NCBI RefSeq assembly: GCF_009914755.1
Contig: NC_060937.1
DNA: 64,000 nt
Reading direction: 5' to 3' (one strand)
Origin: the human T2T-CHM13v2.0 reference genome, Homo sapiens
In this document: piece after piece, positions 14,052 to 26,830 of the stretch
Position numbering within the stretch: the first letter of the stretch is position 1
Layout of the letters: each line of letters begins with the position of its first letter
Translations under genes and position numbers: made by a program
The notes under the pieces: model-generated
Told to the model about the DNA's origin: nothing
The model's database searches: none
Seen by the model: the letters and a program-made list of their open reading frames with translations, nothing else

Positions 14052-14768
14052 TGTGAGAGCTCAGCAAAGCAGAAACACTAGTGATAAGTGTAATGAGTCA
14101 AATGTGCTGCTTCAAGCATTGCCAATGCTGTTACTCGTCTTACGTGTCTTGGTTGTTTCTTCTGGTTGCCTAAAGCAATTATGGGGGCTAGGAGCACTGG
14201 GTGACAGACTCTTATGTCTGTGTCCCTGAATGAGCCAATTTTTAATTACTTGTGATGAAGAATTTCCTATGGGACCACTGCATGTCATGAAGACTGTACT
14301 CTGACATTTCCAAGAGATCTCCAGTCACTCAGGATGCCAAATCAGAACCCGGCTAGAAGAAGCAAGTGTTCCTTGTCTTTGGAGTTAACTCAGGTCAAAC
14401 CTTCAAGATTTTTAGTAGTTTCTTCCCTGCTGAGCCTTGTTTATAGAATCAAATTGAAAGGGAAAACACTGGCTTAACCTAGCCAATCAGACAGCCACAC
14501 ATATCCAATTCTTCCTAGTATTTTTTAACTGGAAGAATTCCCCTTCTTGAGAAATAAAAAGTCTCAAGGAAGAATTTGCCCCTTCCTCAAGGGGTAAAAG
14601 CAACTTGCTGAATAAAACTTAGAACCACCATCAAATCGAGGTTCTGAGACTCAGAAGAGGCTCACTCAGTTGTTTGCAAACATGGAGGACCTGGAGGGGC
14701 TCAGAGGGTTCATGCCGGTACTGAGGTGCCAGGTCCTTTCAATGGACCCTGGAAAATCTACTTTCTGA

Positions 14769-14786
14769 GTCCCTTCATGGTTGCCA
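14769..14786 (-). other. Primer-binding site complementary to the tRNA-Arg(TCG) 3' end
   Basis: Minus strand reads TGGCAACCATGAAGGGAC, 4 nt from the LTR edge. It differs from the recalled Arg PBS TGGCGACCACGAAGGGAC by two CpG transitions. Confidence 0.8.
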
Positions 14787-14790
14787 TGAT

Positions 14791-15313
14791 AGTTGACTTT
14801 AAAAAAATCAAGCTTTTAAGGAATTAAAGTTTGTTTCATTCAGAAATCTTGCTGAGAACTATAGCCTGAGAATTACAGCCTGGAAGAAGTCTTTCAGAAA
14901 GGTTCTGACAGAGTGCTCCAGAACAGTGTTTTAGCTCACAGTTTACACATGGATTGTGGAGGTTTAGTGCATGCAAAATCACATCAACTTGCCCAGATGT
15001 TACATTAAAGCAGAATCACATCGAAGTTTGAGTGTAAGTGTACATCTAGTTATAGATTACAGTCATAATCACTAACCCTGTCAGATGTTATCTGATGTGT
15101 AGGAAAAGGCAAGGATTAGGGTCATTTATCCTTTAAGGAATATAGTGACTAAGGCAAGAGATATGCGGCGGGGCATGTGCTCTATCCTATTTTGTCTTCA
15201 AAAGATCCCTCTGGGGAGCTGCATGTCATCACAGAGTCAGGGGCTTCGTGAAATTCTGCTGGCAAGCAGAAATGAGCAAACATGGCTTCTTGTGCTTGTT
15301 ACTTTGTCTCACA
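14791..15313 (-). mobile_element. ERV1 (MER4-group, possibly MER67-like) 5' LTR
   Basis: Begins TGTGAGACAAAGT on the minus strand, is homologous to 7550-8675 and is followed by the PBS. The family name is uncertain. Confidence 0.85.
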
Positions 15314-15319
15314 TGCCAC

Positions 15320-15860
15320 AATCATTTATGTGTTCTTGATCTTAGAGATAGGTGTTATTCTGAATTTTGTGTTAATTATTCTTTTGTTTTTATTTATAAT
15401 TTTGCTGCATAAATGTATTTGCAAGCAAAATATTATTCAGCTTTGCCTGCTTTTGCATTTTCCATAAATGGAATAATATAACTATTTCTATTCAGCTTTA
15501 TCTTTTTGAGATTTCATCATGATACTGCAGCCTGTGTGATAGTAACAGTTTATCCATACGTCTGTTCATGATGACTTAGGTTATTTTCCCTTTTTGCTAT
15601 TAGGAACAATGCTGCTATGAATATTTTCACACATGTCTCTCAATACTCACATGTAAAAGCTTTTCCATATTATACAGTTAGGAATGTGTTCACGATCAAC
15701 ATTTCTAGGTCTTTCTCAAATTGGTTTCACCAATTCATACTTCTGCCAGCAATGTATGTAAAATCCTAAGGATCTACCTTTTTGGAAACATTTGAGATCG
15801 CCAGACATTTAGCTTGTTGAAACCTGTGGGTTTCAAGTGACTTTCACTGTGGTCTTTATA
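15320..15860 (-). mobile_element. Old L1 (L1ME-like) 3' fragment
   Basis: 'tttttgctattaggaacaatgctgctatgaatatt' and 'accaattcatacttctgccagcaatgtatg'. Confidence 0.65.
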
Positions 15861-16104
15861 TAAATAAAATGTAGGGAATTAAACACAAATAAACCCTCAC
15901 AAAAGAAAATAACAAAGGTTGTATTTTCAGCAAAAGAAAAATGTTAATAGATTAACAGTCTGAAATGCAAGAAGAAACAGTGAACAAATATATGCATAAC
16001 TATGTGTGTAAATGTAGGATTCGGGTTGATAGCTAGATTAACCATCTTCTGCTTTTTGTTGTTGCTGATAAGATGTCAGCTATTCAAGTAACATTACTTC
16101 CATA

Positions 16105-16320
16105 ATAGTAGCTAGCATTTATTAATGCTAGACACTCTTCCAAAAATATGTGTTCATTTTTCGTTAAGAGAAATTGAAAATATAATTAATCATATTTTGC
16201 ATATGAGGAAACTGAGTCATATAGAGGTGAAGCAACTTGTCAAGATGTACTTGTAAATAATTGAACCAGTATGGAAACCCAGTCAGTACAGTTCCAGAGC
16301 TCACATTCTCACCAACCACA
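16105..16320 (-). mobile_element. MIR
   Basis: 'attttgcatatgaggaaactgagtcatatagaggtgaagcaacttgtcaag'. Confidence 0.7.
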
Positions 16321-17151
16321 CCTAACACTAAACTCCCTTATCCTCCTATCTACTACACTAAACTTTAGTGCGACACTGCCTCATAGATGAGATGCTTCTT
16401 GTTCTGATTGGTCTTAAGATTTTCTCTTTGTCTTTTGTGCTCTAAAAGATTTCTGTGACGTGCGGAGGTATAGATTTCTTTTCCATTAACCTGAGTTACA
16501 TTTAGCTGTGTCTAATCCAATGTTAAACCCATGTTTTGCATTTTAAATTTCAATAATTTTACTTTTCATTTCTAGAAATAAATTTTTTTCCTAATGGCAT
16601 AGTTGTAATTCATCATTTCTTGTACTTGTTAATCTTTTCATGCCTCATCTTCATTTATTGAAATATGCTTACTTTATGATCATGTCTAATAATTTCATCT
16701 TAAAGTGTTTGTCTATCTGATCTGCTGTATATCATTTTTGCTGTCTGTCGCCCATGCTGACTTGGTATATTTTGCCATTTTAAACAATGAATCCCTGTTC
16801 TTTGGAACTCTATCAGTGGAATTTTTAAGGCTTATCTTGACTTTCCTCCAGAGATGTTTTGCATTTATTTCTGCCAAGTTTTGGGATACATTAAAATCCT
16901 GGGGCTACATTAAATTAAATTCACCACTTGATTTTTTAATATCACATAGGCCTTGTAAATTCTGACCATAACTTCTCCAATAATCAAATTGTGATTCAAA
17001 ATTTTCAAGGTAGATATTTTTCTCCCCTTACCTAATGAAGGGGTCCAGACAGGCAAGGTGCATTGTTGCTTTCTTCTGTATAATAGGTTTGTTTCTCATA
17101 TGCCCTTATACTAAGAGTGAAGCCTATAGTATTCTAGCTTTACTTAGGGGG

Positions 17152-17700
17152 TATAGTAGATCTTGTCCAAAAATGGCTACCATCGATTCCCCCTCTACCT
17201 GTAAGTGCATGCTATTTATCACATCAAGAAGTGGAATCTAATTTCTCTCCTCTTGAATGTGGGCTGGGCTTAATGGTATGTTTAGCCAGTGGGATACAGC
17301 AGAAGTGACATTCTCGGACTTCTATGGCTAGGTCATATCGAGCCTTGTGGTTTCTGCCCGGGCCTCTTCAAAGTAACTCTTGAGATGTTTCTTCTTGAAA
17401 TTCAACAATCATTCTGCAAGAAGATCAAGCTATCTGGATAACTAATGTGAAGATGATTAGGTTGGCAGCCCCTGCTGAGCTCCCAGACAACAGCCACCAT
17501 CAACCGCTCAACTGTAAATGAGCCCTCCTGGGTAGACAGTCAAGTCTTCAGATGACTCTTGCCTCAGCCTCCACTGGTTGTAACCCCATGATACTCCCCA
17601 AGTGAGAACTTACCAGCTGAGCCTAGTGAACCAATAGAATGTAATAATACATTGTTGATTTAGGTTACTAAGTATTGGGGTGGTTTGTTACACAACAAGA
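17152..17700 (+). mobile_element. MLT1 (F/G-like) MaLR LTR
   Basis: 'aaaatggctacc...catcaagaagtggaatctaatttctctcctcttgaa...ggggtggtttgttacacaacaa'. Confidence 0.75.
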
Positions 17701-18380
17701 GCTTTTCTGTTAGACTTTCCATTTGGGGTGGGATCTAAACTTTATCTCCAGTTTCCCTCATCCTATGAGGTCATCAAAAATAACAACACATAAATTCACT
17801 AGGGTTTAGAAAGTAATTTCATAGTGAAAGCATTTGTTGGCCCTCCACTATTTCTCAGGGTTCAAACTTTTACTTTGTTTTTCTACCTCTCTATATTTTT
17901 TCCTTTATTTTGTACTCTGTAGTGCACTTAAAAATTAAGATTACATAGCTTTTATAAGGTCAGAATTTTAGAGAATATTGTCCTCCATATGATCATAAAT
18001 TAAAGCTTTTTAGCTCTTTGTAGAAAAGGAAGTAAGGTTTTGAGTTATCTGGGATTTTATTATAAATTTGGTATGAATCTGTGGCATGCTTTCCTAGTGA
18101 GAATGCCTAGCCCCATTCACTCTTCAATCCCCTCTAATCCAGATTTTTGTTTCTAACACTGTGCTCAAACTGGCCTTGCTAAAGTCATGAATGATCACCA
18201 TGTTGTCAAATCTAATGGTTTTTTTCCCTAGTCTCAATTTACACAATCTGTATTGCATTAGACACAGTTGACCACTAATTATTCTTATAACACTTTCTTT
18301 TCTTGGGCTTTGTGACACAATCTCTTGGTTTTTCTCCTATATCCTCATCTACTCCTTCAAACAGACTCTGACATATACAT

Positions 18381-18388
18381 CTCTCTCT

Positions 18389-18430
<42 letters not shown>
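18381..18430. repeat. Compound microsatellite (CT)6(GT)19
   Basis: Read directly from the sequence. Confidence 0.97.
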
Positions 18431-18431
<1 letters not shown>

Positions 18432-18889
18432 CAGCCCATTTATCAGTGAGGACCATAGGCTGGTTTGGAGTCTATTCTTTGAGATCCCATACCTTGCTTA
18501 CTTTTTGCTAACTCCCATTTTGGCAGCTCAATTCTGCCTAATTTCACTCATCAAGTAACCAAGGATCCTAGTGATAGGAACATATTTTCTTAGAATTTCA
18601 CCACCACTGGTTTGTCCTCTCTGCAAACTTGAATACCTAGGTATCAACTGATCTGTAGTTACGACAAAGATTGTGTCTCCCCTGCTGCCTCTTTCTTTGC
18701 CAACCTTAGCAGCTCGGTCAGTTTCCCAAGTCACCCACAGTAGTCTACTTTTCACATTTGCCTGTTTAGACACAGCCTTCTTTTGACTACAAAATAGAGA
18801 AATTGAAAAGAATTTTGTCTTCTCCCAAGTCATACTTCTAGGGAAAGCCTTCATAATTTTATTTGAAATGAACTTCCAAAATACAAGAA

Positions 18890-19480
18890 CTACCATTCAA
18901 TTCAATTCCACAAGTTATTTTACTGTGTGTACCTGCCATTTATGTGTCAGGCACTGTGCTGGCCACCTTAGGGGTATAAGGATGGCTAACATATGGCCTA
19001 GAAAAGACTTAAACTATGTACATAAAACACCAAGATGTAACTCAGGAAGTGAAGATGAAGTACCAGCAGAGCACAGAAAAGGAAGAATTCTCATTCAAGT
19101 GATGGCTTTGTGAAAAAATGGACTACTTGGCTTAACCCCTAAAGAATAGGTAGAAGTCAGCAGATAGAGATTGAGGAATGAGGAAAAAAAAGAGAGAAAG
19201 GTATTTCAGTTGACGGACATACATAAAGACACAAATAAAATCTAGTACTTTTTGGAAGTTGTAAGCACACTGATGTGGACTGGCAGACATGCAGGACCCT
19301 AGAAGGACAGTCACAGCACAAAGATGCTGTAAGAGTAGGTTGGGTGGGGTCATGGAGGATGTGAATGCCATGCTAAGGAACACACTGTAATTCAGAGGGC
19401 AATGGGGAGCCATGGGAGACTTCCTAGGGGAATAGTATAATGACTAGAGTTGTGTATAAGGAACATGACTCTGGAAGGAA
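18890..19480 (-). mobile_element. L2 fragments
   Basis: 'cattcaattcaa...tatgtgtcaggcactgtgct' and 'ggcaatggggagccatgg'. Confidence 0.6.
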
Positions 19481-19772
19481 CATATGGACCATATTTTCAA
19501 TAAAAATATACAACCATGCCCTGAAGTTAAACAGAATTTATTCTTGATTATCTTCAATTGCATATAATTCATTCTTTCTTCTCTGTTAGAGGAGATAAGC
19601 ACACATTAATTTTATAAGGTTTGCCTGCAAGGAAATGGAACATCTTTGAGCGCAGAAGACATTCACTTTGAAAATCTATGACTCTCTCAACATGCCTTAG
19701 TCTGGCCACATTTGGGTTCATGCTTTTTAGTTTGGGCTGTCAACTTGCTAGTTCTGAAAAAAGCAAACAACA

Positions 19773-20213
19773 CAAAATCATGGAACCAACCCAAATGCCC
19801 ATCAATCAACAAGTGGATAAAGAAACTGTGGTATATATATACATGGAATACACTCAGCCATAAAAAGGAATGAATTAATAGCATTTGCAGTGACCTGGAT
19901 GAGATTGGAGACTATTATTCAAAGTGAAGTAACACAGGAATGGAAAATCAAACACCATATGTTCTCACTGATATGTGGGAGCTAAGCTATGAGGATGCAA
20001 AGGCATAAGAATGATACAATGAACTTTGAGGACTTGAGGGTAAGGGTGGGGAGCAAGGGATAAAAGGCTACAAATAGGGTGCAATGTCTACTGCCCGGGT
20101 GATGGGTGCACCAAAATCTCACAAATCACCACTAAAGAACTCACTCATGTAACTAAATACCACCTGTACCCCAATAACCTATGGAAAAATAAAAAATTAA
20201 AAAAAATTTTTTT
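19773..20213 (+). mobile_element. 5'-truncated L1PB-type 3' end
   Basis: L1 3' UTR text with an A-rich tail. 13-bp TSD aaagcaaacaaca at 19760-19772 and 20214-20226. Confidence 0.92.
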
Positions 20214-20318
20214 AAAGCAAACAACAAAAGCTACACCTGGAAATTCTTATTGAATATATTTGTAGTCTGGCTTGGCCATCTGTTTTGGGGTTTTTTGTTT
20301 TGTTTTGTTTTTCTTACG

Positions 20319-20846
20319 TGTTATGGTTGATTTTGTGTGTGTCAACTTGACTGGGCCCTGGGCCACAGGATGCCCAGATATCTGGTTAAATATTATTTCT
20401 GAGTGTATCTGTGAGGTTGTTTCTGGAAGAGACTAACATTTGTATCAGTGGACTGAGTAAAACCCATGGTCCACTTCAAAGTAATTGGCCTTCATCCAAT
20501 CTGTTGGCAGCCTGAACAGAACCAAAAGACAGAGGAAGGGAGAATTCCTTCTCTCTTTATCTGACTACTTGAGCTGGAACACTGGTCTTCTCCTGCCCTC
20601 AGACTGAAACTTATACCATCATTTCTCCTGGTTCTCAGGCCATCAGACTCACTAAAACTATCCTACTGGCTTTTCTGTATCTCTAGCTTGCAAACAGCAT
20701 ACTGTGGGACTTCTCAGCCCCCACAATTGCATGAACCAATTCCTCATAATAAATCTCTTTATATGCATAGATAAATATAGATATAAATACTGAAACAGAT
20801 ATATATCCTATTGATTCTGCTTTTCTAGAGAATCCTGACTAATACA
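20319..20846 (+). mobile_element. MLT2B-type ERVL solo LTR
   Basis: tgttatggttgattttg...gtcaacttgactggg start and gagaatcctgactaataca end. Confidence 0.88.
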
Positions 20847-22509
20847 AAAGACTTCACTGGTGATTCTGATGAAGAATATTTTTATATCCTCTTCTTAGAA
20901 CATTATAGATCTCCAACTACCCTCTTTGGAAGTCAAATTATTTTTATACACAGTTTTTCATTTCAAATTTGAATATATTCCAAAATAGTTTTTAAATATC
21001 TGACTTCTGTTTCAAGCCAAAACATACATTTGAAAAAGAAGTATGAATCTAGAGGAAAGTGTGATTTGACAAAGAGTCAAGGGACTGAAGTCTAGCCTTG
21101 CCTCTGACGCTTTCCAGCTGTGTGACCTTGGGCAAAGGACTTGTCTTCGTCACTCAACCATGTCACATGGGAATAACACTACAGGCCCCATCTTGCAAAG
21201 TGTCATGAGGACAAAATAAATTATGAAACACATCAACAAAACTCTACACAAATGCAAACTATCATATGCTACTTGACATGTTATACAAATAAGATTTTTA
21301 TTATTCAAACCATATTTTAAATGCCCTTAGGGAGTTTGCCACACAAATGAAGTAATCAGTAAATCATTATTTTAAGCAAATTATTATTTTGTGTTTAAGG
21401 TAGTTCTCTAATTTCTCTGTTCTTTGTGTTTGAATTTTGCTATTTTGAGTGTTCTGAAAATAGGGCATACTCATGTTCCTATTTAAAAGATTTACACTAA
21501 TTATGCTCAGCATAATGCAGCCCTGGACAGAAGGAAGCTCAGAAGTCAGTCCTGCCCTTGTGATGAGGGAGAAGCGGGCCTCCTGAAACTCCTCCAGATG
21601 GCCCCTTGGGGCTCATGCAACAAATGACTTTAATCCTCTCTGCGTAAAAAGTGATGTCATGGAAACCAAACTTGTTATGACTCAAAGCAGGTTAAGGAGA
21701 CCCAGAGTTGCTTTGACATTTATATGTAGACATTTATAAACAATGCAGACATTTATAAACAACTTCTTCCATAAATATGTCACTTTTAGAAATATGGAAA
21801 TAATGCCATAATCTCAAAAGAGAATGATTAGACTATCAAAACTGTGTGCTAGAAATAATGAGTAACTCAAACTTGATTGAATTCTGTCCTGACCTCCCAC
21901 TGTTTATGGATGGTTGAAATCCACTTACCTTAAATGAAAGGTTTGGAATTTTATTTTATGTTGGTTTGTTTCCATTTTGCCACAAAGATGCAGGAAAGAG
22001 AAAGCCACAGAATTGTGAGGACAAGTCTATGGCTTACATAAAGTATGTAAGGCTAAGGGTTCTGGGAAGCAGGTAATATTATTTTTAAAACTCCCCATTT
22101 TAAAATGGCACATTCCTAAATGCTTTCACAACTATTTTACACACATACGTTATTACTGAGAAAAACTTATCTTGAGGGATAAATTGTATTGCATCCTTCC
22201 CAGTACAATATTTTGTGCATAGATGATGTCAGCAATTATTTATTGAATATAATTGCATATTTAGAACTTTCTTCAAAAGCACTGATATTATCTTTCCTGT
22301 ATTGCAGATGAAAAGCTCAGGCATAAACAATTTAAGGCATCTTGGATTCCAAACCAACCCCTACCCAGTACTGCTGCAGACCAGACTACCCCTCTTAGAA
22401 GTCAGAGGGAATCCCCTCTCCAATTTGATGCTGAGGTAGGCCAAGGCCAGGCTTGCTAGAGGCTCAAGGGTGCAATAAGAAATGGACCTCAGAAGGGACT
22501 CACTGGAGC

Positions 22510-22902
22510 ATATGTCACTCTCATCAGGTTGCTACAACATCATAACACAACTAGGTGGCTTAAATAGCAGACATTTATTTTCTCACAGTTTTGGTGGCTA
22601 GAAGTCCAAGATCAAGGTGCTGACAGGGTTGGTTTCCAGTGAGGCCTCAGCCTGACTCTTAGATGGCAGCTTCTCACTGTGTCCTTGCATGACCTTTTCT
22701 CTGTGGGCACACCTGGCAACAGAGAGCGTTCTCTGGTATCTCTTCCTCTTCTTATAAGGACATCAGTCCTATCACTTTAGGGTCTCACCCCTGTGACTTC
22801 ATTTCACCTTAATTACCTCCCTAAAGGCTCTATCTCCAAATACAGTCACACTGGGAATTAGGTTTTCAACGTGAATTGGGGGAACACAACTCAGCCCAAA
22901 AG
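22510..22902 (-). mobile_element. MLT1A/B-type MaLR LTR
   Basis: 'ggtggcttaaatagcagacatttattttctcacagttttggtggctagaagtccaagatcaagg...acacaactcagccc'. Confidence 0.85.
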
Positions 22903-23299
22903 AGAGTGCACCAATACCTGAGAGGCTGAGCCCCGGGGGGCAACAGGGCCCTCCTCTGCCTCATGGTTGGGGGCTCCTCTTGATGGCAGATCCCTCACTC
23001 CCCATGGGTTACACTGACTCAAACTTGGCTTTGTCTCTGTTCTTGATCTTATGAATAATTTTGGCTCTGCTTGTTGGTTGCAAGTAAACGGAAGTGAACA
23101 TAAACATCGAGAGTCCAAGCCACCATTTTTGCCCACCTTCAAAACTGGACTCTCTTGTATGATAACCTTTTGAAGAGACAGCATAGTGCAATGAAAAGAG
23201 CACTATACGTGGCCTCAGAAGTCCTGGATTCAAACCCTAACTGTTTTCCATGGCGCATACATTCCCATGTGACTAGGACTCTGTTCCCCAACCCCATGA

Positions 23300-24120
23300 T
23301 GTCTCTTACTCCCTCCAGCAATGCTGGCTTCCTGCCTCTACTCGAAACCAGCAAGCATGCTCCCATCCCACGGACTTGGCAAAGGCTATTACCTTTGCCC
23401 GGAATGCTTTCCTTTAAATATCCACTAGGACTACTTCCTTATTGCATTTAATATTTTAATTAAATGCCACCCTTCTAGAAAGTTCTTCTCTGACCATGCT
23501 ATCTACAACAGTGCTCACCCTCCACCTCCATCAGACACCTCAATATCCCAGACAGTACTTTATTTTTCTTTACAGTATTTATCACTATCTGACATTACTG
23601 CATACAGATGCTCCTCAATTTATGATGGGGTTACATCCCAATAAACCTATTGTAAGTTGAAAATATTGTAAGTCAAAAATACATTGAATACAGTTAACCC
23701 CCTGAACCTCACAGCTCAGCCTGGCCTATCTTAAATGTGATCAGAAACTTACCATACAGTTGGGCACAATCACAATCATCTAACACAAAGCCTATTCTAC
23801 AGTAACATGTTGAATATCTCATATATATTTGTTCAACACTTTACTGAAAGTGAAAAGCAGAATGGCTGTATGGGTACTTGAAGTATAGTTTCTACTGAAC
23901 GCTAATTGCTTTCACACCATTGTAAAGTGAAAAAGTCGTAAGCCGAGCTATCTTAACTTGGGGACCATTTATATATTTATTTGTTTATAGTTTGTCTTTC
24001 CCAATATATTGCAGGCTTCATTAGGGCAGGTTTATTAGTTTCATTTATTGCTGCATCCCATGCAAATAGTCCCTGAAGCAAAGAAAGCACTCAATAAATA
24101 TTTTGAATGAACTGAAGGAA
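23300..24120 (+). mobile_element. L2 3' end, interrupted by MER47
   Basis: L2 tail 'gcactcaataaatattttgaatgaactgaa' with upstream L2 text. Confidence 0.7.
23605..23971 (+). mobile_element. MER47A (Tigger-derived MITE)
   Basis: cagatgctcctcaatttatgatgggg...tcttaacttggggaccatt TIRs, with TA on both flanks. Confidence 0.9.
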
Positions 24121-26351
24121 TGACTATGAATTAATGGGGCACTTGGCCTCAGTTTCCCCTTCTATAACTTGGCTCTCCCTTGCTCAGGTCCATCCCTCAG
24201 GGGCCCCTGGCCTGCTCTTGGCCTCACTGGGCCCTGGTATCTCAGGCAGAGCCCCGAGGTGCCACCACCCTGCTGTTTGCACACCCTTGCCAGTTCTCTG
24301 CGTTCAGCAGATAGTGAGGGGCGAGGCTGTGTGGGTATGTGAGCAATGCCAGAGAGGTCATCTTCTCTAAAGAGATGTGGCTTCCTCATGTAATAGCATG
24401 GAGAGTATAGATGAGGAAAAACAGAGTGGCTCATGGCCAGCTCACTTCTTAAAGGCTGGGAACACAATGGGGAATGGCAGGCAACGTGGCCTTGAAGGGG
24501 AACAGGGTAGGAAGGGGTTGCCAAAGACAAAATACTAAGTGAAACTCTGTCCAGGCCATATCTGCCCAAGATGAAACTGTTTCTGGGAAAAAGGCAGATG
24601 CCTACAGACAAAGCAGCAGAGCCCAAACTAGCCCAAATATCAATGCAGAAAGGACAAGATGGAAAGCCCCATGAAGTAAGGCTTGCTCACTGCTCTCGCC
24701 CAGCACCCAGGGCAGGTGCTCAGGCTATGGGGAGGCACATTGTAGGGGGATGTGGGGTTGAGACCAGCAAAGGAGGCACACTGGAAAGCAAGTGAACTGG
24801 GAAGTGACAAGTAAAGAGGGTGCTTAAGGCTACTTAAAAGAGACATCAGGGATGAGGTGGAAAGTCAGGCAACAATGGGGTCACACCTTGGTTGCATCTA
24901 TCACTGGCTAGGGGAACCTGGGCAAGTAACTTAACTCTTTTGTGCCTTATTTTTCTCACCTGAAAAATGGGTGTAATGGTACTTACTTTATAGATTATAT
25001 CTTAATTATATACCAATTGAGCATCATGGCCCTGACACATGACAAACCATATGGAGGAGAAAGACGGAAGAAAGAAGGACCTAAGTGGAGAGGTGGGTTT
25101 GGACCGGGATTAAGCACTGAATCAGTGGAGAGGAGGATGCAGGGTGAGTGGACAGAGGAAACTAGTGGAGAAAAAAAAGGATTAAAAAGAGGTCTGAGAG
25201 AGTTCAAAGAATCAAGGAGAGGAGCTTTGTAAAGAATCAAGGATGGGCAGTATAGGAAGAGGAAGAAGAAGAATCTAGCAACTGACATAATGCAGACCCT
25301 TAACAGAGATGCAGGGCTACAACCCATCTTGTGCTGCTGCTGAGGCCCAGGGAGGAGCCACCTGGGTGCCCAGAGCTGTGCTGGGCAGACACAGGGCAAT
25401 TCAGCCCTGTGGGAGACACACAGGTCTCCACAGGAGGCAGCAGTTTGTTAGCACGGGAATTCATCAGGCTTGGGCACCTGCTGGGGAGGAGATGGAAACA
25501 CAGTCAATACATCTCATCATCAAAAACAGGAAGGAAACGAAACATTTTGGAAGTCATTGAAAGGCAGGTTTTATGTTAATTTGAAATAAAATGTTTGCTT
25601 AACCGACTGCTCTCTGAAGACTTCTTGATTTGGTATTTGGAGACAGACATCACCCTGACGTACATTAGGAGGCCTGTGATCTTAGGCTTGTTCCAGCTGT
25701 GATTCACTTCACGTCTGATTCACTTCATCATTTATGCAATTTGTCATCAGGTTATTTGAAAGCTGAGTAAAACCTCTCATATCCTCATGAGTTCCTCTCA
25801 TATCCTTATGAGTTCTATCTATTGTTAGATAGAACTACATGAACAGAAGCTCTTTGAGTCCTCAATCATTTTTAAGAGTGCAAAGAGGTCTTAAGACCAA
25901 AATGATCGCAATCTGCTGACCTACTTTGGGCAAGATGACATACTCTCACCTTTTCTGTTCATTCTCTTTAGCCTTCAGAGCAGACCTGTAAGAGCCTAGA
26001 TTTCCAGCGTATGGAAAGCAAAAAGGAGGCTCAGAGTAAAGCCGCACCTCTAATAAGGGATAAAGCTGGGATTGGACATCACTTTCTCTGCTCTACCCAT
26101 TTTGCTGCACTGTCTCTTAGCATCCATTGTGGCAAAAAGAAGTTTTATGGAAGAGAAAGCAAGCCGCAAACATTAGAGATTTTGCAAGAGGCAAGCTTCA
26201 CTCTCCAATACTTGCTGAAAAATATTCTCTGTGCTCCTCGGTCTCCAAAGAAGGAGACTAATTTAGTTCAAAAAGAGAGATCTCTGTCCGCGGCTCAGCC
26301 CTGGGTGTCGGGGTTCCAGGCGTCGCTGGGTCTGGGCGCGCCACGTCTGCA

Positions 26352-26369
26352 CAGCGCCCTCTGTTGGCC
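26352..26369 (-). promoter_or_regulatory. Candidate CTCF site in a CpG-enriched patch
   Basis: Minus strand reads GGCCAACAGAGGGCGCTG, close to the CTCF core CCACCAGRGGGCGC. Confidence 0.65.
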
Positions 26370-26659
26370 CCTCTCTGCTCCAGCCGGCACTTGGTCTAGC
26401 CTGGCCACCTTAGATGCTCCCTTTAGATGCTTTCTGGTGAGCGTCTCTAGGGACCACAGCATCTTACTAGGGCTTGGGCATTCCTCTGGGGGCAACTGGG
26501 CTTTTATACAAATATACAAGGTTGCCCTCAACAGCTAACCCTCCCTGCGGGCCACTCCTCGTTTGCAGCTCCATCTTTTCTGCGTTATTTTTCACATCCA
26601 GAACTCAGAACACACACAGAGAACCGCCCTCTCCACTCTTGTCATTGAGAAGGAAGCCT

Positions 26660-26830
26660 GGTGTGAACCTCAGACTTACACAAACCTAGATTTGAATCCA
26701 GGTCCTCTGCCCTGCAAATGACTTAACCTTTCTGAGCCCCACTCTTCTCAGTTTTAGAATGGAAATGCTAGTATTTACCTTGTAGGGTTATTGGGCGCCT
26801 AAAGCACTCGGCACAGGAATGAACGGTGTT
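26660..26830 (+). mobile_element. MIR
   Basis: 'gatttgaatccagg...gacttaacctttctgagcc...aatggaaatg'. Confidence 0.7.

Larger units (their letters stand above)
8676..14790 (-). mobile_element. Internal region of a non-autonomous ERV1 (MER4-group) provirus
   Basis: AT-rich internal sequence lying between two homologous LTRs, with a PBS next to the right LTR and a purine-rich tract next to the left LTR on the minus strand. Confidence 0.75.

Noticed and set aside
14767-14786. tRNA-Arg 3' end on the plus strand, as a possible tRNA gene
   Set aside because: Only about 20 nt ending in CCA, next to an LTR. It is a retroviral PBS, with no cloverleaf.
26011-26538. 175-aa ATG-initiated ORF
   Set aside because: No recognisable homology or domain. 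It spans the GC-rich CTCF patch, which lowers stop-codon frequency.
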